64,000 nt of DNA, from the NCBI GenBank assembly GCA_963769435.1, contig CAVYLN010000002.1:29098-93097 (forward strand), in the 5' to 3' direction. The notes under the pieces were generated by a model, which saw only the letters and a list, made by a program, of their open reading frames with translations, did no database searches and had not been told where the DNA came from. Position numbers and translations under genes: made by a program. Positions 36,511 through 46,530 of the stretch are shown here, one piece after another. The number at the start of each line of letters is the position of its first letter. Within the stretch, counting starts at the first letter, position 1. The stretch comes from an uncultured Actinomycetota bacterium. GTDB taxonomy: Bacteria > Actinomycetota > Actinomycetes > S36-B12 > UBA10799.

Positions 36511-37385
36511 CGGTAGTCCAGTTGGGGCTGTGCCCGGATCCCCCGGAACCCGGGGGCTTGGGAGTACCCCGTGCTGTAGTTGTTCACCGCTTGGTAGCCC
36601 TGCAGAATCCCCAGCTCGGGATCGCGCAGAACGGCCACGCCCAGAGCCTGCGCGATGGCGAGCCGTTCGGTGTCAACCGCCTCGATCACCCTGCCGACAC
36701 CCTCGGTCACCCCCTCTTCGTAGAACAGGAAGTCCCCGCCGGTGCGCTCGATCAACGCGACGTTGCACAAGGACACCGCCGGATGGATCACTGGGTTGCC
36801 GTTCTGAAGCGTGGTTTGTAGAACGCTGCTGGCCTTCTCGATCTCCCCATGAACAGGTCGGAGAACGTCGTAGACGGCCTGGGTGTCGGCGCCGGGCAGG
36901 GCCGCCACGTAGTAGCCGCCCTTGAGACGGTTGTAGACGGTGATGTGCGCGGGACCCGTGAGCCGCACGGCGTACGGCAGCGTGGAGGTCTCGGCCACGA
37001 TCACGGAGTCGTCATCCAGCGCCAGTCCCAGACCCTGCTTGAAGACGATCGCACCCGCACAGGAACTCGGGCAGACCACGAACATCTGCCCGGGCGTCAT
37101 GTGTGGCGCACAGGCCTCCGCGAACGGTTGGGTGCTGTAGGCAGGGCCCACCGCGAAGACCAGATCGGCCCCGGCAACAGCCACTTCCGGGTCGTGGCCG
37201 GCGTAGACGATCTCCTGGAAACCCTGGAGTTCACCATCCGCGGAGATGCCGCCCTTCGCCGCGACTGCGGAGATGGTCTCGTCGAACTGCGGGAAATCGA
37301 ACATGCTCACGGCATGTCCGGCCTGCGCCCATTCGAACGCGATGGCAGCGGCACCGTTTCCAGATCCGAGAACTGCGACCTTCAT
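36309..37385 (-). CDS. NAD(P)-dependent octopine/nopaline (opine) dehydrogenase family protein
   Basis: MKVAVLGSGNGAAAIAFEWAQAGHAV Rossmann opening plus an opine-dehydrogenase-like C-terminal domain. GGAAGGA SD before the ATG at 37385. Confidence 0.75.
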   Translation of the reverse strand: MKVAVLGSGNGAAAIAFEWAQAGHAVSMFDFPQFDETISAVAAKGGISADGELQGFQEIVYAGHDPEVAVAGADLVFAVGPAYSTQPFAEACAPHMTPGQMFVVCPSSCAGAIVFKQGLGLALDDDSVIVAETSTLPYAVRLTGPAHITVYNRLKGGYYVAALPGADTQAVYDVLRPVHGEIEKASSVLQTTLQNGNPVIHPAVSLCNVALIERTGGDFLFYEEGVTEGVGRVIEAVDTERLAIAQALGVAVLRDPELGILQGYQAVNNYSTGYSQAPGFRGIRAQPQLDYRYFTEDAGFGLVFLTDLARAVGVPTPNMDAVLRMSSIVTGRDFEAEQARTMTSLGLAGYSVDELRSL

Positions 37386-37503
37386 GGGATTCCTTCCCGC
37401 AGACGACACCTACACGCCCCATCCTGGTCCGCGGGGCTCGGTCACGCCTTACGGACGCAGTGAAACTGCCTTTCCCGCGGCAGGCACGGGGTTGGGACCC
37501 CGG

Positions 37504-38928
37504 TCAGCCGCGCAGCGCCTTCGCGAGGTCCTCGAATGCCTGCACAAGCAGTCCCATGTCGTCCTGAGTGTGCGCCACCGAGACCAGCCACTGCTCGTCC
37601 AGTCCGGGGGGTGTGAGGATTCCCCGGTTCACGCCCCAGAGCCAGCTGAGTTCGGCCGTGTCGAAGTCCGTCCGCTTGTAGTCGCGATAGTTGCGCACCG
37701 GCTCGGTCGCCCAAGTCACGGCACCCTTGACGCCGAACCCGACGGTGTGAGCGGGCAGGTCGTAGCGCGTGATGATGCCGTCGATCGCATCAAGTGCTCC
37801 GTTGTTGATCTGCTCGGCGTGGTCCAGGACCTCTTCAGTGCAGATCTCATCGACTGCGGCAGCCGCTGCCATCACCAACGGATTGCCGTTGTAGGTGCCG
37901 AAGTGCCACATGCGTCCGTCGCTGATCGTGGCCATCACGTCCGCGCGCCCACCGAAGGCTGCCAGCGGCAGGCCTCCCCCGATGCTCTTGGCCAGGGTGA
38001 TCAGGTCCGCGGTCACGCCGAGGCGCTGCGATGCGCCGGCGTATCCGGCGGTGAGGCCCGTCTTCACCTCGTCGAACACCAGCAGGGCGCCGTGTCTGTC
38101 ACACGCCGCCCGCACCCCGGCAAGATAGCCCGCATCGGGCAGAACGATCGAGATGTTCTCGAGTACCGGTTCCATCACGACTGCGGAGATCTCGTCGCCG
38201 TGCTCCGCGAAGATCGCCTCGAGGCGCTCCAGGTCGTTGTAGGGCACGACATGGACGATGCCGGCCTCAGCCTCGAAGGGAACGACGGGCACGGGTGAGG
38301 CTTCGGGGCCGGCTTCGGCGACCTCGGGCTTGACCGATACCGACAGCGCGTCGTAGCCGCCGTGGTAGCCACCTTCGATCTTGATGATCCCCCGGCGCCC
38401 AGTGAACACACGGGCGGCCTTGACCGCGTACATGGTCGCTTCGGTACCGGAGTTCGCGAAGCGCAACTGATCCAGGCTGAAGCGGCGTTGGAACCGCTCG
38501 GCCACCTCGGTGGTCGACGGGGACGGGGTGACGAACAGCGTGCCGCTCTCCATCGCTTTGGTCACGTACTCGACGACCAGCGGGTGCAGGTGACCGACCA
38601 GCATCGCACCGAACCCCATGGACAGGTCCAGCAGTTTGCGACCGTCGACGTCTGTGAGCCAGGCGCCCTTCGCCGACTCGATGGCGATCGGGTGGGGCTC
38701 CCAGTACTGGAAAGACGACGCGACACCCAGCGGCAGGGTGCTCATCGCACGCTCGTGGTGAGCGGCCGAACCTGCGGTGCTGCCCGAGAAGCGCTCCCAC
38801 TCCTGGGCCATCAGCTTCTCGACGACGCCGAGGTCCACCGGGGTCGAGGAGGCGGGGACCGTCCGTTTGGTCGCGGGATCGTGGGCGGGCCACGAGGTCG
38901 CGGCGTCGTTCAGCTCTGTGTCGGTCAT
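37504..38928 (-). CDS. class III (PLP) aminotransferase, glutamate-1-semialdehyde aminomutase-like
   Basis: FANSGTEATMYAVKAAR...IKIEGGYHG...VFDEVKTG...LAKSIGGG. GGAG lies 5 nt before the ATG at 38928. Upstream sequence is visibly less GC-rich. Confidence 0.85.
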   Translation of the reverse strand: MTDTELNDAATSWPAHDPATKRTVPASSTPVDLGVVEKLMAQEWERFSGSTAGSAAHHERAMSTLPLGVASSFQYWEPHPIAIESAKGAWLTDVDGRKLLDLSMGFGAMLVGHLHPLVVEYVTKAMESGTLFVTPSPSTTEVAERFQRRFSLDQLRFANSGTEATMYAVKAARVFTGRRGIIKIEGGYHGGYDALSVSVKPEVAEAGPEASPVPVVPFEAEAGIVHVVPYNDLERLEAIFAEHGDEISAVVMEPVLENISIVLPDAGYLAGVRAACDRHGALLVFDEVKTGLTAGYAGASQRLGVTADLITLAKSIGGGLPLAAFGGRADVMATISDGRMWHFGTYNGNPLVMAAAAAVDEICTEEVLDHAEQINNGALDAIDGIITRYDLPAHTVGFGVKGAVTWATEPVRNYRDYKRTDFDTAELSWLWGVNRGILTPPGLDEQWLVSVAHTQDDMGLLVQAFEDLAKALRG

Positions 38929-39176
38929 GTCTACTCCGCATGTACAAGGAATTTCCCCGACGGTAGCAAGAACGGGACCGTTTAGATAGCCCTTCGACAT
39001 AGGAGATTCGATCAGATTCGTATCAATGTCACACATTTACCGCTGAAAACGTTCGTTACAGGTGGTCAATTCTGCGGTTGCCGTAGATGATCATCTCGGG
39101 TGAGCTGAGCAGACCGGGTCTCTGAATGGTCCCCTTCGGGAGGGCCGGGCAGGCTGGTCCTACAGTCGGTCGGGTG

Positions 39177-39653
39177 ATGATCAGTGAGGAGGACCCGGCT
39201 GGCGAACGTGCCCGAGGGGCCGTTGTCTCCTACATTCGCGAGGTGCTGGACCTTGCCGGGCTGCAGCAGCTCGGGGTCGAGTCCGCCGCCCGGGATGTCG
39301 ACGACTACCGACCCCCCACAGGAGCGTTCGCACTGGCGCTGGACGGCGACCGCGTGCTGGGATGTATCGCGCTGCGTCGGCACACACGCGACGAGGCTGA
39401 GATCAAGAGGATGTGGGTGGCACCGGCCGCCCGCGGCGCGGGGCTGGGTGCGGCCCTGTTGGATCACATCGAAGGACGCGCGGTCGAACTCGGGTACCGC
39501 AGGGTCGTCCTCGACACGAACAGCGCCCTGACCGCCGCCATGCATTTCTACACACAGCACGGATACGCACCGATCGAGCGTTACAACGACAACATGGATG
39601 CGACGCACTTCTTCGCGAAGAGCCTCAGCGACCAGCGCGCCCCGGATCTGTAG
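39177..39653 (+). CDS. GNAT family N-acetyltransferase
   Basis: IKRMWVAPAARGAGLGAALLDHIE...GYRRVVLDT is the acetyl-CoA-binding motif A. The ORF could start at 39126. Confidence 0.8.
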   Translation: MISEEDPAGERARGAVVSYIREVLDLAGLQQLGVESAARDVDDYRPPTGAFALALDGDRVLGCIALRRHTRDEAEIKRMWVAPAARGAGLGAALLDHIEGRAVELGYRRVVLDTNSALTAAMHFYTQHGYAPIERYNDNMDATHFFAKSLSDQRAPDL

Positions 39654-40575
39654 CCCGGCTTCGCAGCAGCAGACCAGCGCCGATCTCCAGGACGCACGCC
39701 GCGACCAGACGAACCGTTCTCAGGTCGGGACCGTCCCTGCTCGCATCCACCTCGACGAGGTCGACGCTGACAACGCGGGCATCTCGGCCGGCGATGCGCG
39801 CCGCCTCCCGGAGTTCATAGGCACTCAGTCCCCCGGGCAGCGAAGCAGGACATGCCGGCGCGACCGCCTGATCGCAGACGTCGACATCGAGATCGACATG
39901 AACACGCGACTCGGGTCCCGCGCCGACGAGGTCCAGCGCGCTGCGCATCACGGCGCTGATCCCGCGTCGCTGCACCTCATCCCTATGGACCACGGTTATC
40001 CCGAAGTCACGGGCGCGTTCGTGATACTCCCGGGAGTTGGCGAAGTCGGAGATGCCGATCTGGACGACACGTCTGCCGTCAAGGCCTGCCTCGATGAGCC
40101 GTGCCACCGGGGATCCGTTGGACTCGCCGTCGCGGACATCGTGATGGGCATCGAGTGTCACTAGCCCGTCGGCGCGCATCCCTCGTGCGACCGCATAGGT
40201 GATCGAGTTGTCCCCGCCGAGAGCCAGAAGCAATCGGCCCTCCCACTCGGACAGAATCGCCTGCGTGCGCGACTCTCCCGCCGCACCATCGGGCTCTTCG
40301 ACGTCCCCCAGATCACTGACCGTCAGTTCCCGGAGGTCGGACTCGATCGATGCCGCCCATGTCGAGTACCGACGCAGCGCGTCCCTGACCGCGGCCGGTG
40401 TCTTATGGGCCTGGGTCGCGGAGATCGAAGTGCGGTGCGCCGGCACTCCGAGGACCCCGAGGTCGACCGTGGGGCCGGGGTTTCCACCCAACCCCGTGCG
40501 CGAAGCTGCGAGCCACTCCCCAGCGGACGGCCACTTGGGGTCGGCGTACCTCGGACCAGTCGGTTCGGGAGTCAT
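39625..40575 (-). CDS. hutG: formimidoylglutamase (arginase family)
   Basis: [16 protein letters not shown] and [10 protein letters not shown] arginase-fold metal motifs. ATGA start/stop coupling with hutI at 40572-40575. Confidence 0.75.
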   Translation of the reverse strand: MTPEPTGPRYADPKWPSAGEWLAASRTGLGGNPGPTVDLGVLGVPAHRTSISATQAHKTPAAVRDALRRYSTWAASIESDLRELTVSDLGDVEEPDGAAGESRTQAILSEWEGRLLLALGGDNSITYAVARGMRADGLVTLDAHHDVRDGESNGSPVARLIEAGLDGRRVVQIGISDFANSREYHERARDFGITVVHRDEVQRRGISAVMRSALDLVGAGPESRVHVDLDVDVCDQAVAPACPASLPGGLSAYELREAARIAGRDARVVSVDLVEVDASRDGPDLRTVRLVAACVLEIGAGLLLRSRATDPGRAGR

Positions 40576-41750
40576 TGCTGACTCCGAAGTGGCACACCCT
40601 TGGTCCATACCTGTCTGATCAGGTCCACGCCGGGGCGGTAGGCCAGATGCACATGCGTTGGTGCATCCAGCAGCAGCAGGTCCGCCGTCCCACCCACATC
40701 CACGCGCCCGACGTCGTCACGCCGCAGCGCCGCTGCCCCGCCAACCGTGGCTGCGGTCACCGCCTCGGCCACAGTCATGCGCATCTCGCGCACGGCCAGG
40801 GCGATGCAGAGCGGCATCGACGTGGTGTAACTGGTTCCGGGATTGCAGTCCGTGGCCAAGGCCACGGTCACCCCGGCATCGATCAGGCGCCGGGCATCAG
40901 GGTACGGAGAGCGCGTGGAGAACTCCGCACCTGGCAGCAGGGTCGCGACGGTGTGACTGTCGGCCAGTGCGGAGATGTCGGAGGCGTCCAAGTACGTGCA
41001 GTGATCGGCCGATGCTGCTCCCACCTCCACCGCCAGCTGGACCCCAGGACCCGGCTGCAGTTGGTTCGCGTGTACCCGCGGGGTCAACCCGGCCCGAAGA
41101 CCGGCTTGCAGGACCTCTCGCGACTCGTCGGCGTCGAAGGCCCCGCGGTCGCAGAACGCGTCGATCCATCGCGCTGAGTCCTTGCAGGCATCGAGCATCG
41201 GGCCGCAGACCAGATCCACGTATCCACGTCGATCTCCGGAGAACTCCGCCGGTACGACATGGGCGCCCAGGAACGTGACCTCCGAGGTGAACTCGCGGGC
41301 AATGGCCACGCCGCGCCGTTCGTCGGCGATCGTCAGTCCGTAGCCGGACTTGATTTCGAACGTGGTGGCCCCGTTGCGACGCAGTTCCAGCACCAGCCGG
41401 CGCGTGTTGGCTGTCAGCAGCGGATCATCGGCCCCCCGCGTCGCCTCCACAGTCGTCCGGATACCCCCTGCCGCGTACGGAAGGCCCGCCATCCGCGCCG
41501 CGAACTCCGCAGAACGATCGCCCGCGAACACGATGTGTGAGTGGCTGTCGACGAAGCCCGGGAGAACGGCCCCACCCCCGCAGTCGACCCTCGAGTCAGC
41601 GGGGGGCGCGTCTGCCTTCGCGCCGATCCACGCCACGCGGCCATCGGCGACCACAAGGCTCACGTCCCTGCGGATTCCGAGCTCACCAGCCACGTCAGGG
41701 TCGTTCGTCACCAACTCGCCGATGTTGTCCAGCAGCAACGCCTGTGCCAT
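40572..41750 (-). CDS. hutI: imidazolonepropionase
   Basis: 392 aa with [15 protein letters not shown]...KSGYGL...HANQL...ASADHC...ATDCNPG. Confidence 0.9.
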   Translation of the reverse strand: MAQALLLDNIGELVTNDPDVAGELGIRRDVSLVVADGRVAWIGAKADAPPADSRVDCGGGAVLPGFVDSHSHIVFAGDRSAEFAARMAGLPYAAGGIRTTVEATRGADDPLLTANTRRLVLELRRNGATTFEIKSGYGLTIADERRGVAIAREFTSEVTFLGAHVVPAEFSGDRRGYVDLVCGPMLDACKDSARWIDAFCDRGAFDADESREVLQAGLRAGLTPRVHANQLQPGPGVQLAVEVGAASADHCTYLDASDISALADSHTVATLLPGAEFSTRSPYPDARRLIDAGVTVALATDCNPGTSYTTSMPLCIALAVREMRMTVAEAVTAATVGGAAALRRDDVGRVDVGGTADLLLLDAPTHVHLAYRPGVDLIRQVWTKGVPLRSQQ

Positions 41751-41751
41751 C

Positions 41752-43420
41752 TCAGCCTTCGCTCATCGGGATGCGCACACCAGAGTCCCGGGCGACGTCC
41801 ACTGCCTCCGGATAGCCCGCGTCGACGTGGCGGATGACACCCATCCCTGGGTCATTGGTCAGCACCCTGCGCAACTTCTCCTCCGCCAGTGCTGACCCAT
41901 CGGCCACCGACACCTGGCCGGCATGGATGGAGCGGCCGATGCCCACGCCACCTCCGTGGTGGATCGAAACCCATGACGCACCGGAGGCGGTGTTGACCAG
42001 CGCATTGAGCAGGGGCCAGTCGGCGATCGCGTCACTGCCGTCGAGCATCGACTCCGTCTCCCGGTACGGGGAGGCCACGGACCCGCAGTCAAGGTGGTCG
42101 CGGCCGATGACGATGGGGGCAGAGATCTCGCCCGATGCGACCATTTCGTTGAAACGGACCCCGGCCTTGTCGCGTTCCCCGTAGCCCAGCCAGCAGATGC
42201 GGGCAGGCAACCCCTGGAAGGCGACGCGTTCCTGAGCAGCATGAATCCACCGACCGAGCGCATCGTTGTCGGGGAACAGTTCCAGCACGGCACGATCCGT
42301 CGCGGCGATGTCGCGGGGGTCCCCGGACAGCGCCGCCCATCGGAACGGGCCCTTCCCCTCGCAGAACAACGGCCTGATGTAGGCGGGGACGAAGCCCGGG
42401 AAGTCGAAGGCCCGCTCGAACCCTCCCGCCAGCGCCTCGCTGCGGATCGAGTTCCCGTAGTCGAACACCTCAGCGCCTGCGTCCATGAATCCGACCATCG
42501 CCTCCACATGACGGGCCATCGACTCCCGCGCCCGGTCGGTGAACGCCTCCGGATCCCTGGCTGCCTCGGCGTGCCAGTCCTCGAAAGAGATGCCGATCGG
42601 CAAGTAGGAAAGCGGATCGTGCGCCGAGGTCTGGTCGGTGACGATGTCGACCGCCACTGCGCGACGCAGCAGTTCGGGAACCACCTCTGCCGCGTTGCCG
42701 ACGAGTCCGACACTCCAGCCCCGCCGTTCACGCTTGGCTGCCAACGCAGCATCCACCGCCGTGTCCAGGTCGTCGGTCCACTCATCGAGGTAGCGATCCT
42801 TGACCCTCCGGGCCAGCCTGGAAGCGTCCACATCCACGATCAGGCACGCGCCGCTGTTGAGTGTGACTGCCAGGGGCTGCGCGCCACCCATCCCGCCGCA
42901 GCCTGCGGTGAGTGTCAGAGTTCCGGCAAGAGAACCCCGGAAGTGTTTCTCCCCCACCGCCGCGAAGGTCTCATAGGTCCCCTGCAGGATCCCCTGTGTC
43001 CCGATGTAGATCCATGAGCCGGCTGTCATCTGCCCGTACATCGTCAGTCCCAGAGCCTCCAACCTGCGGAACTCCGGCCAATTGGCCCAGTCCCCGACCA
43101 GGTTCGAGTTGGCGATCAGAACCCGTGGCGCCCACTCGTGGGTGCGCATCACACCCACGGGTCTGCCCGACTGAACCAGCATCGTCTCGTCATCGGCAAG
43201 CGTCTCCAGCGTGCGCATGAGTGCCGTGAAACTACCCCAATCACGCGCCGCTCGACCCGGTCCCGCCGTAGACGACGAGTTCGTCGGGGTTCTCAGCGAC
43301 CTCGGGGTCGAGGTTGTTGGCCAGCATCCGCATCGCGGCTTCCTGGGGCCAGCCGACTGCGGTCCTCGTGGTGCCGCGCGCTGCCCTGACAGACCTGGGC
43401 GTACCAAGTTCGTGAGTCAT
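41752..43420 (-). pseudogene. hutU: urocanate hydratase with a frameshift near codon 55, masked by a long ORF
   Basis: ATG at 43420 gives [55 protein letters not shown], then a stop at 43241-43243. The conserved body (RAARDWGSF...LVQSGRPVG...[16 protein letters not shown]) is the 41752-43407 ORF, whose own first roughly 50 residues are Arg/Pro junk. The junction is near 43255 (ggg-T-cga). Confidence 0.8.
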
Positions 43421-43448
43421 CGTGCCATCCTCGTCATCCTCATCCGTT

Positions 43449-44991
43449 TCAGTCGAGCCCGCCGACCGCCGCCTCGACGGCGCGCAGAACTGCCCCCGAC
43501 GCCACCAGCGCCACCGTTGCCTCGATCTGCTCGCCTACCACTTCGTCCGGACCCGGACCGGTCACAATGGTCCGCAGCGCTGCCAGCGCGGCACCTGTTC
43601 CCTTTGCGGGACGCAGCGGGGCGCGCAGATCCAACGCGCGTGCCGCGACAAGCAACTCGATCGCGAGCACTCTTCGAAGCCCATCGATCGCCTCCCGCAG
43701 TTTGAGCCCAGCCGCCCACCCCATGGAGACGTGATCCTCCTGCATCGCGGAACTGGGGATCGAGTCGACGCTGGCCGGTGTGGCCAGCCGCTTGAGAGTG
43801 GACACGATGCCTGCCGCGGCGTACTGAGCGATCATGTAGCCGGAATCGACGCCGACCTCGTGGCCGAGGAACGGGGGCAACCCTTGCGACCTTGTCCGGT
43901 CGAGCATCCGATCGGTGCGGCGCTCGGAGATCGAGGCGAGATCGGCCACCGCCACCGCGAGGAAGTCCAGGACGTACCCCACGGGTGCGCCGTGGAAATT
44001 CCCGTTCGACTCGACCCGTCCGGCTGATAGCACCACGGGGTTGTCGATGGTCGCGGCGAATTCGCGCTCTGCAACCGTCCGGGCATGCGACATGGTGTCC
44101 CTGACCGCACCTGCGACCTGCGGGGAGCAGCGCAGCGAGTACGCGTCCTGTACAAGGTGTTCGGCGTCCGCACGGTGACTGGCCACGATCGCAGAACCGT
44201 CAGAGCACCCGTCGGATGTTGCGTGCCGATTGCGCCTGGCCCGGGTGGGGCCGCAGCGCGACGAGGTCCTCGGCGAAGACCTTGTCCGTGCCCAGCAGCG
44301 CCTCGACCGTCATTGCCGTCGTCAGATCAGAGAGGCGGACAAGATCGGTCAGATCCCGGATGGCCAGGGCGAGCATCCCGAGCATGCCGTCGGTGCCGTT
44401 GATGAGGGCCAGGCCTTCCTTCTCGCCGAGCACGAGTGGCTCGATCCCCGAATCGGCCAGGGCCTGCGCGGCGGGGATCAGGCCGGTCTCAGTTCGCACC
44501 CATCCCTCCCCCATCGCTGCGAGCGCGACGTGAGCCAGTGGCGCAAGGTCGCCGCTGCACCCGAGTGACCCATAGATGTGTACCGCGGGAACTATGCCCG
44601 CATTGAGCATTCGGGCGAGGGTATCCACAACGACGGGTCGCACGCCGGTGAGGCCACTGGCCAGAGTCTTGAGCCGGAGCAGGATCATTGCCCGTACGAC
44701 CTCATCGTCCACGCACGGGCCTGTCCCCGCGGCATGACTGCGGATCAGGCTCACCTGCAGCGCGGCCCTGCGTTCCGGCGGGATGGACACGGTCGCCAGG
44801 GCCCCGAACCCGGTTGAGATTCCGTACACCGGCTCGTCCGACCCCGCGAGTTCCTCGACGATCTCTCGCCCCCGCGCCACCCGCTCGACCACGGCCTGAT
44901 CCACCTCGACCCGTCCTCCGTCGCGCGCCACCGCCAACACGTCATCGAGACACAAGCTGTCGAGTCGATGAGTCTGCGGCGCCTGCTTCAT
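43449..44991 (-). pseudogene. hutH: histidine ammonia-lyase, one frameshift
   Basis: ORF 44200-44991 (...GISTGFGAL...GSLGCSGDLAPL...HPGQAQSARNIRRVL*) and ORF 43449-44186 (SHRADAEHLVQDAYSLRCSPQV...) join as NIRRVL-DGSAIVASH if one T is removed at about 44200. That T creates the TGA. Confidence 0.85.
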
Positions 44992-45176
44992 GCCCGCATT
45001 GAATCAGTGGGAGCACGATCAACGCCGGATATGTCCGCCTCGAGTACGACGCTGTTCAGGAGTTGTGGGTGTCCAAGGACCGACTGCGAGGTTGTCCACA
45101 GTTTCTGTTCGGGCCCGGGTTTTGTCGTACGTGCGTTCTAGTCTGGGGGTGGTTGATCAGGAAGGGGGTGGACGGG

Positions 45177-46414
45177 ATGGACGGGTTCTTCGAGGTTTCG
45201 ATGGCAGCACGGCGGCGGGCGAAGATCCGCGCCTCGCTACCCACCGACCCGCCGGAGCAGCTGGTCGACCAGGTGGCGGCCGCGACTCGGCGCTCTGCCG
45301 GATCCGGAGGTGCTGTGTGCCGAGGAACGGGCCGCGGCGATGACCGCGGTCGCGACCGCGCTGAACCAGATCCACGCCTATCTGAGCGATCTGGCCGATA
45401 CCGCCGATGCCCAGGGGGATTCGCGGGTGTTGCGGGCCGGGACCACCAGCACCCTGCTCGCCACCACCACCGGCAGCCACGCCGGCGGTCGGGGCCGGGA
45501 TCGTCCACACCGCCCAGAAACTACGCGACCTGCCCGAAGTCGCCGACGCCTACCGGAAAGGCCAGATCTCCGGGATGCACGTGCGCGCGATCCTGGACCA
45601 CGCCGACCACATCACCGACTTCGCCGCCCGACAAGGCGCAGTGGTCGCGCTGGCCGCCGCGACCGACCCCCGGGAAGTGGGCAGGATCCTGCAGGTCATC
45701 GCCGACAACGACACCGACGGCCAGCACCCCACCTTGTCCTATGCCGCGCAACGTGACCGCCGTTCCGCGCGGCTGTCGGCGGGCCCCAACGGCATGTGGC
45801 GACTCACCGCCCTACTGGATGAGACCACCGGCGCGGTCCTCGCCGACGCCCTGGCCGCAGCCACCGCCGGCAGTGATGACACCGGGGACACCCTGCCCCA
45901 ACGCCGCGCCGACGCCCTGACCGACCTGATCGACGCCGGACACACCACCACCCGCCCACTCGGGGTGTCGGCGGTCAGCATCCTGATCGACGTCGAACAC
46001 CTGCCCGACGGTGCTGGTGCCCGACTACCCGACGGCACCCCGATCCTGCCCAACGACTTCGACTACTACAGCTGCGCGGCCGTGTGCTCGATCATCTTCG
46101 GCGTCCACCGCGACGACACCTTCCTCCCGCTAGCGTTGGGCCGCACCAAACGCCGCGCCACCGCCGCGCAATGGGCCGCCCTGATCGCCCGCGACCACGG
46201 CTGCATCCGCTGCGGCCGCCCACCCCGCTACTGCCAAGCCCACCACATCCACCACTGGAAACACGGCGGCACCACCGACCTGGCAAACCTCACCCTCTTG
46301 TGCTCCAGATGCCACCACGACCTCCACCACGGCCGGTACACCATCACCATGAACCAAGGCGTCCCCCACATCACCCCCACCACCACCCGCGCACCACCAG
46401 CCAAAACCGCATGA
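45177..46414 (+). pseudogene. DUF222 + HNH endonuclease protein (REP13E12-like), two frameshifts
   Basis: Frame a: MDGFFEVSMAARRRAKIRASLPTDPPEQLVDQVAAAT. Frame b: ALPDPEVLCAEERAAAMTAVATALNQIHAYLSDL. Frame c: AVGAGIVHTAQKLRDLPEVADAYRKGQIS...CIRCGRPPRYCQAHHIHHWKHGGTTDLANLTLLCSRCHHDLH. Junctions are near 45295 and 45485. Confidence 0.8.
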
Positions 46415-46530
46415 CGGCAGGGCCGGATGCAACAACTAGGTGAGGTTCGGCGACTTCACCGGCGAGTACGTGGTCGTGCGCTGCGCCGCCCGCCGCTCGT
46501 ACCCCATCTAGACGGCCCGGGTTCTGCGTC

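Noticed and set aside
46415-46530. Short ORF (VRFGDFTGEYVVVRCAARRSYPI) downstream of the HNH gene, considered as a possible gene fragment.
   Set aside because: It is too short, has no recognisable motif and has no start context, so I cannot support it.
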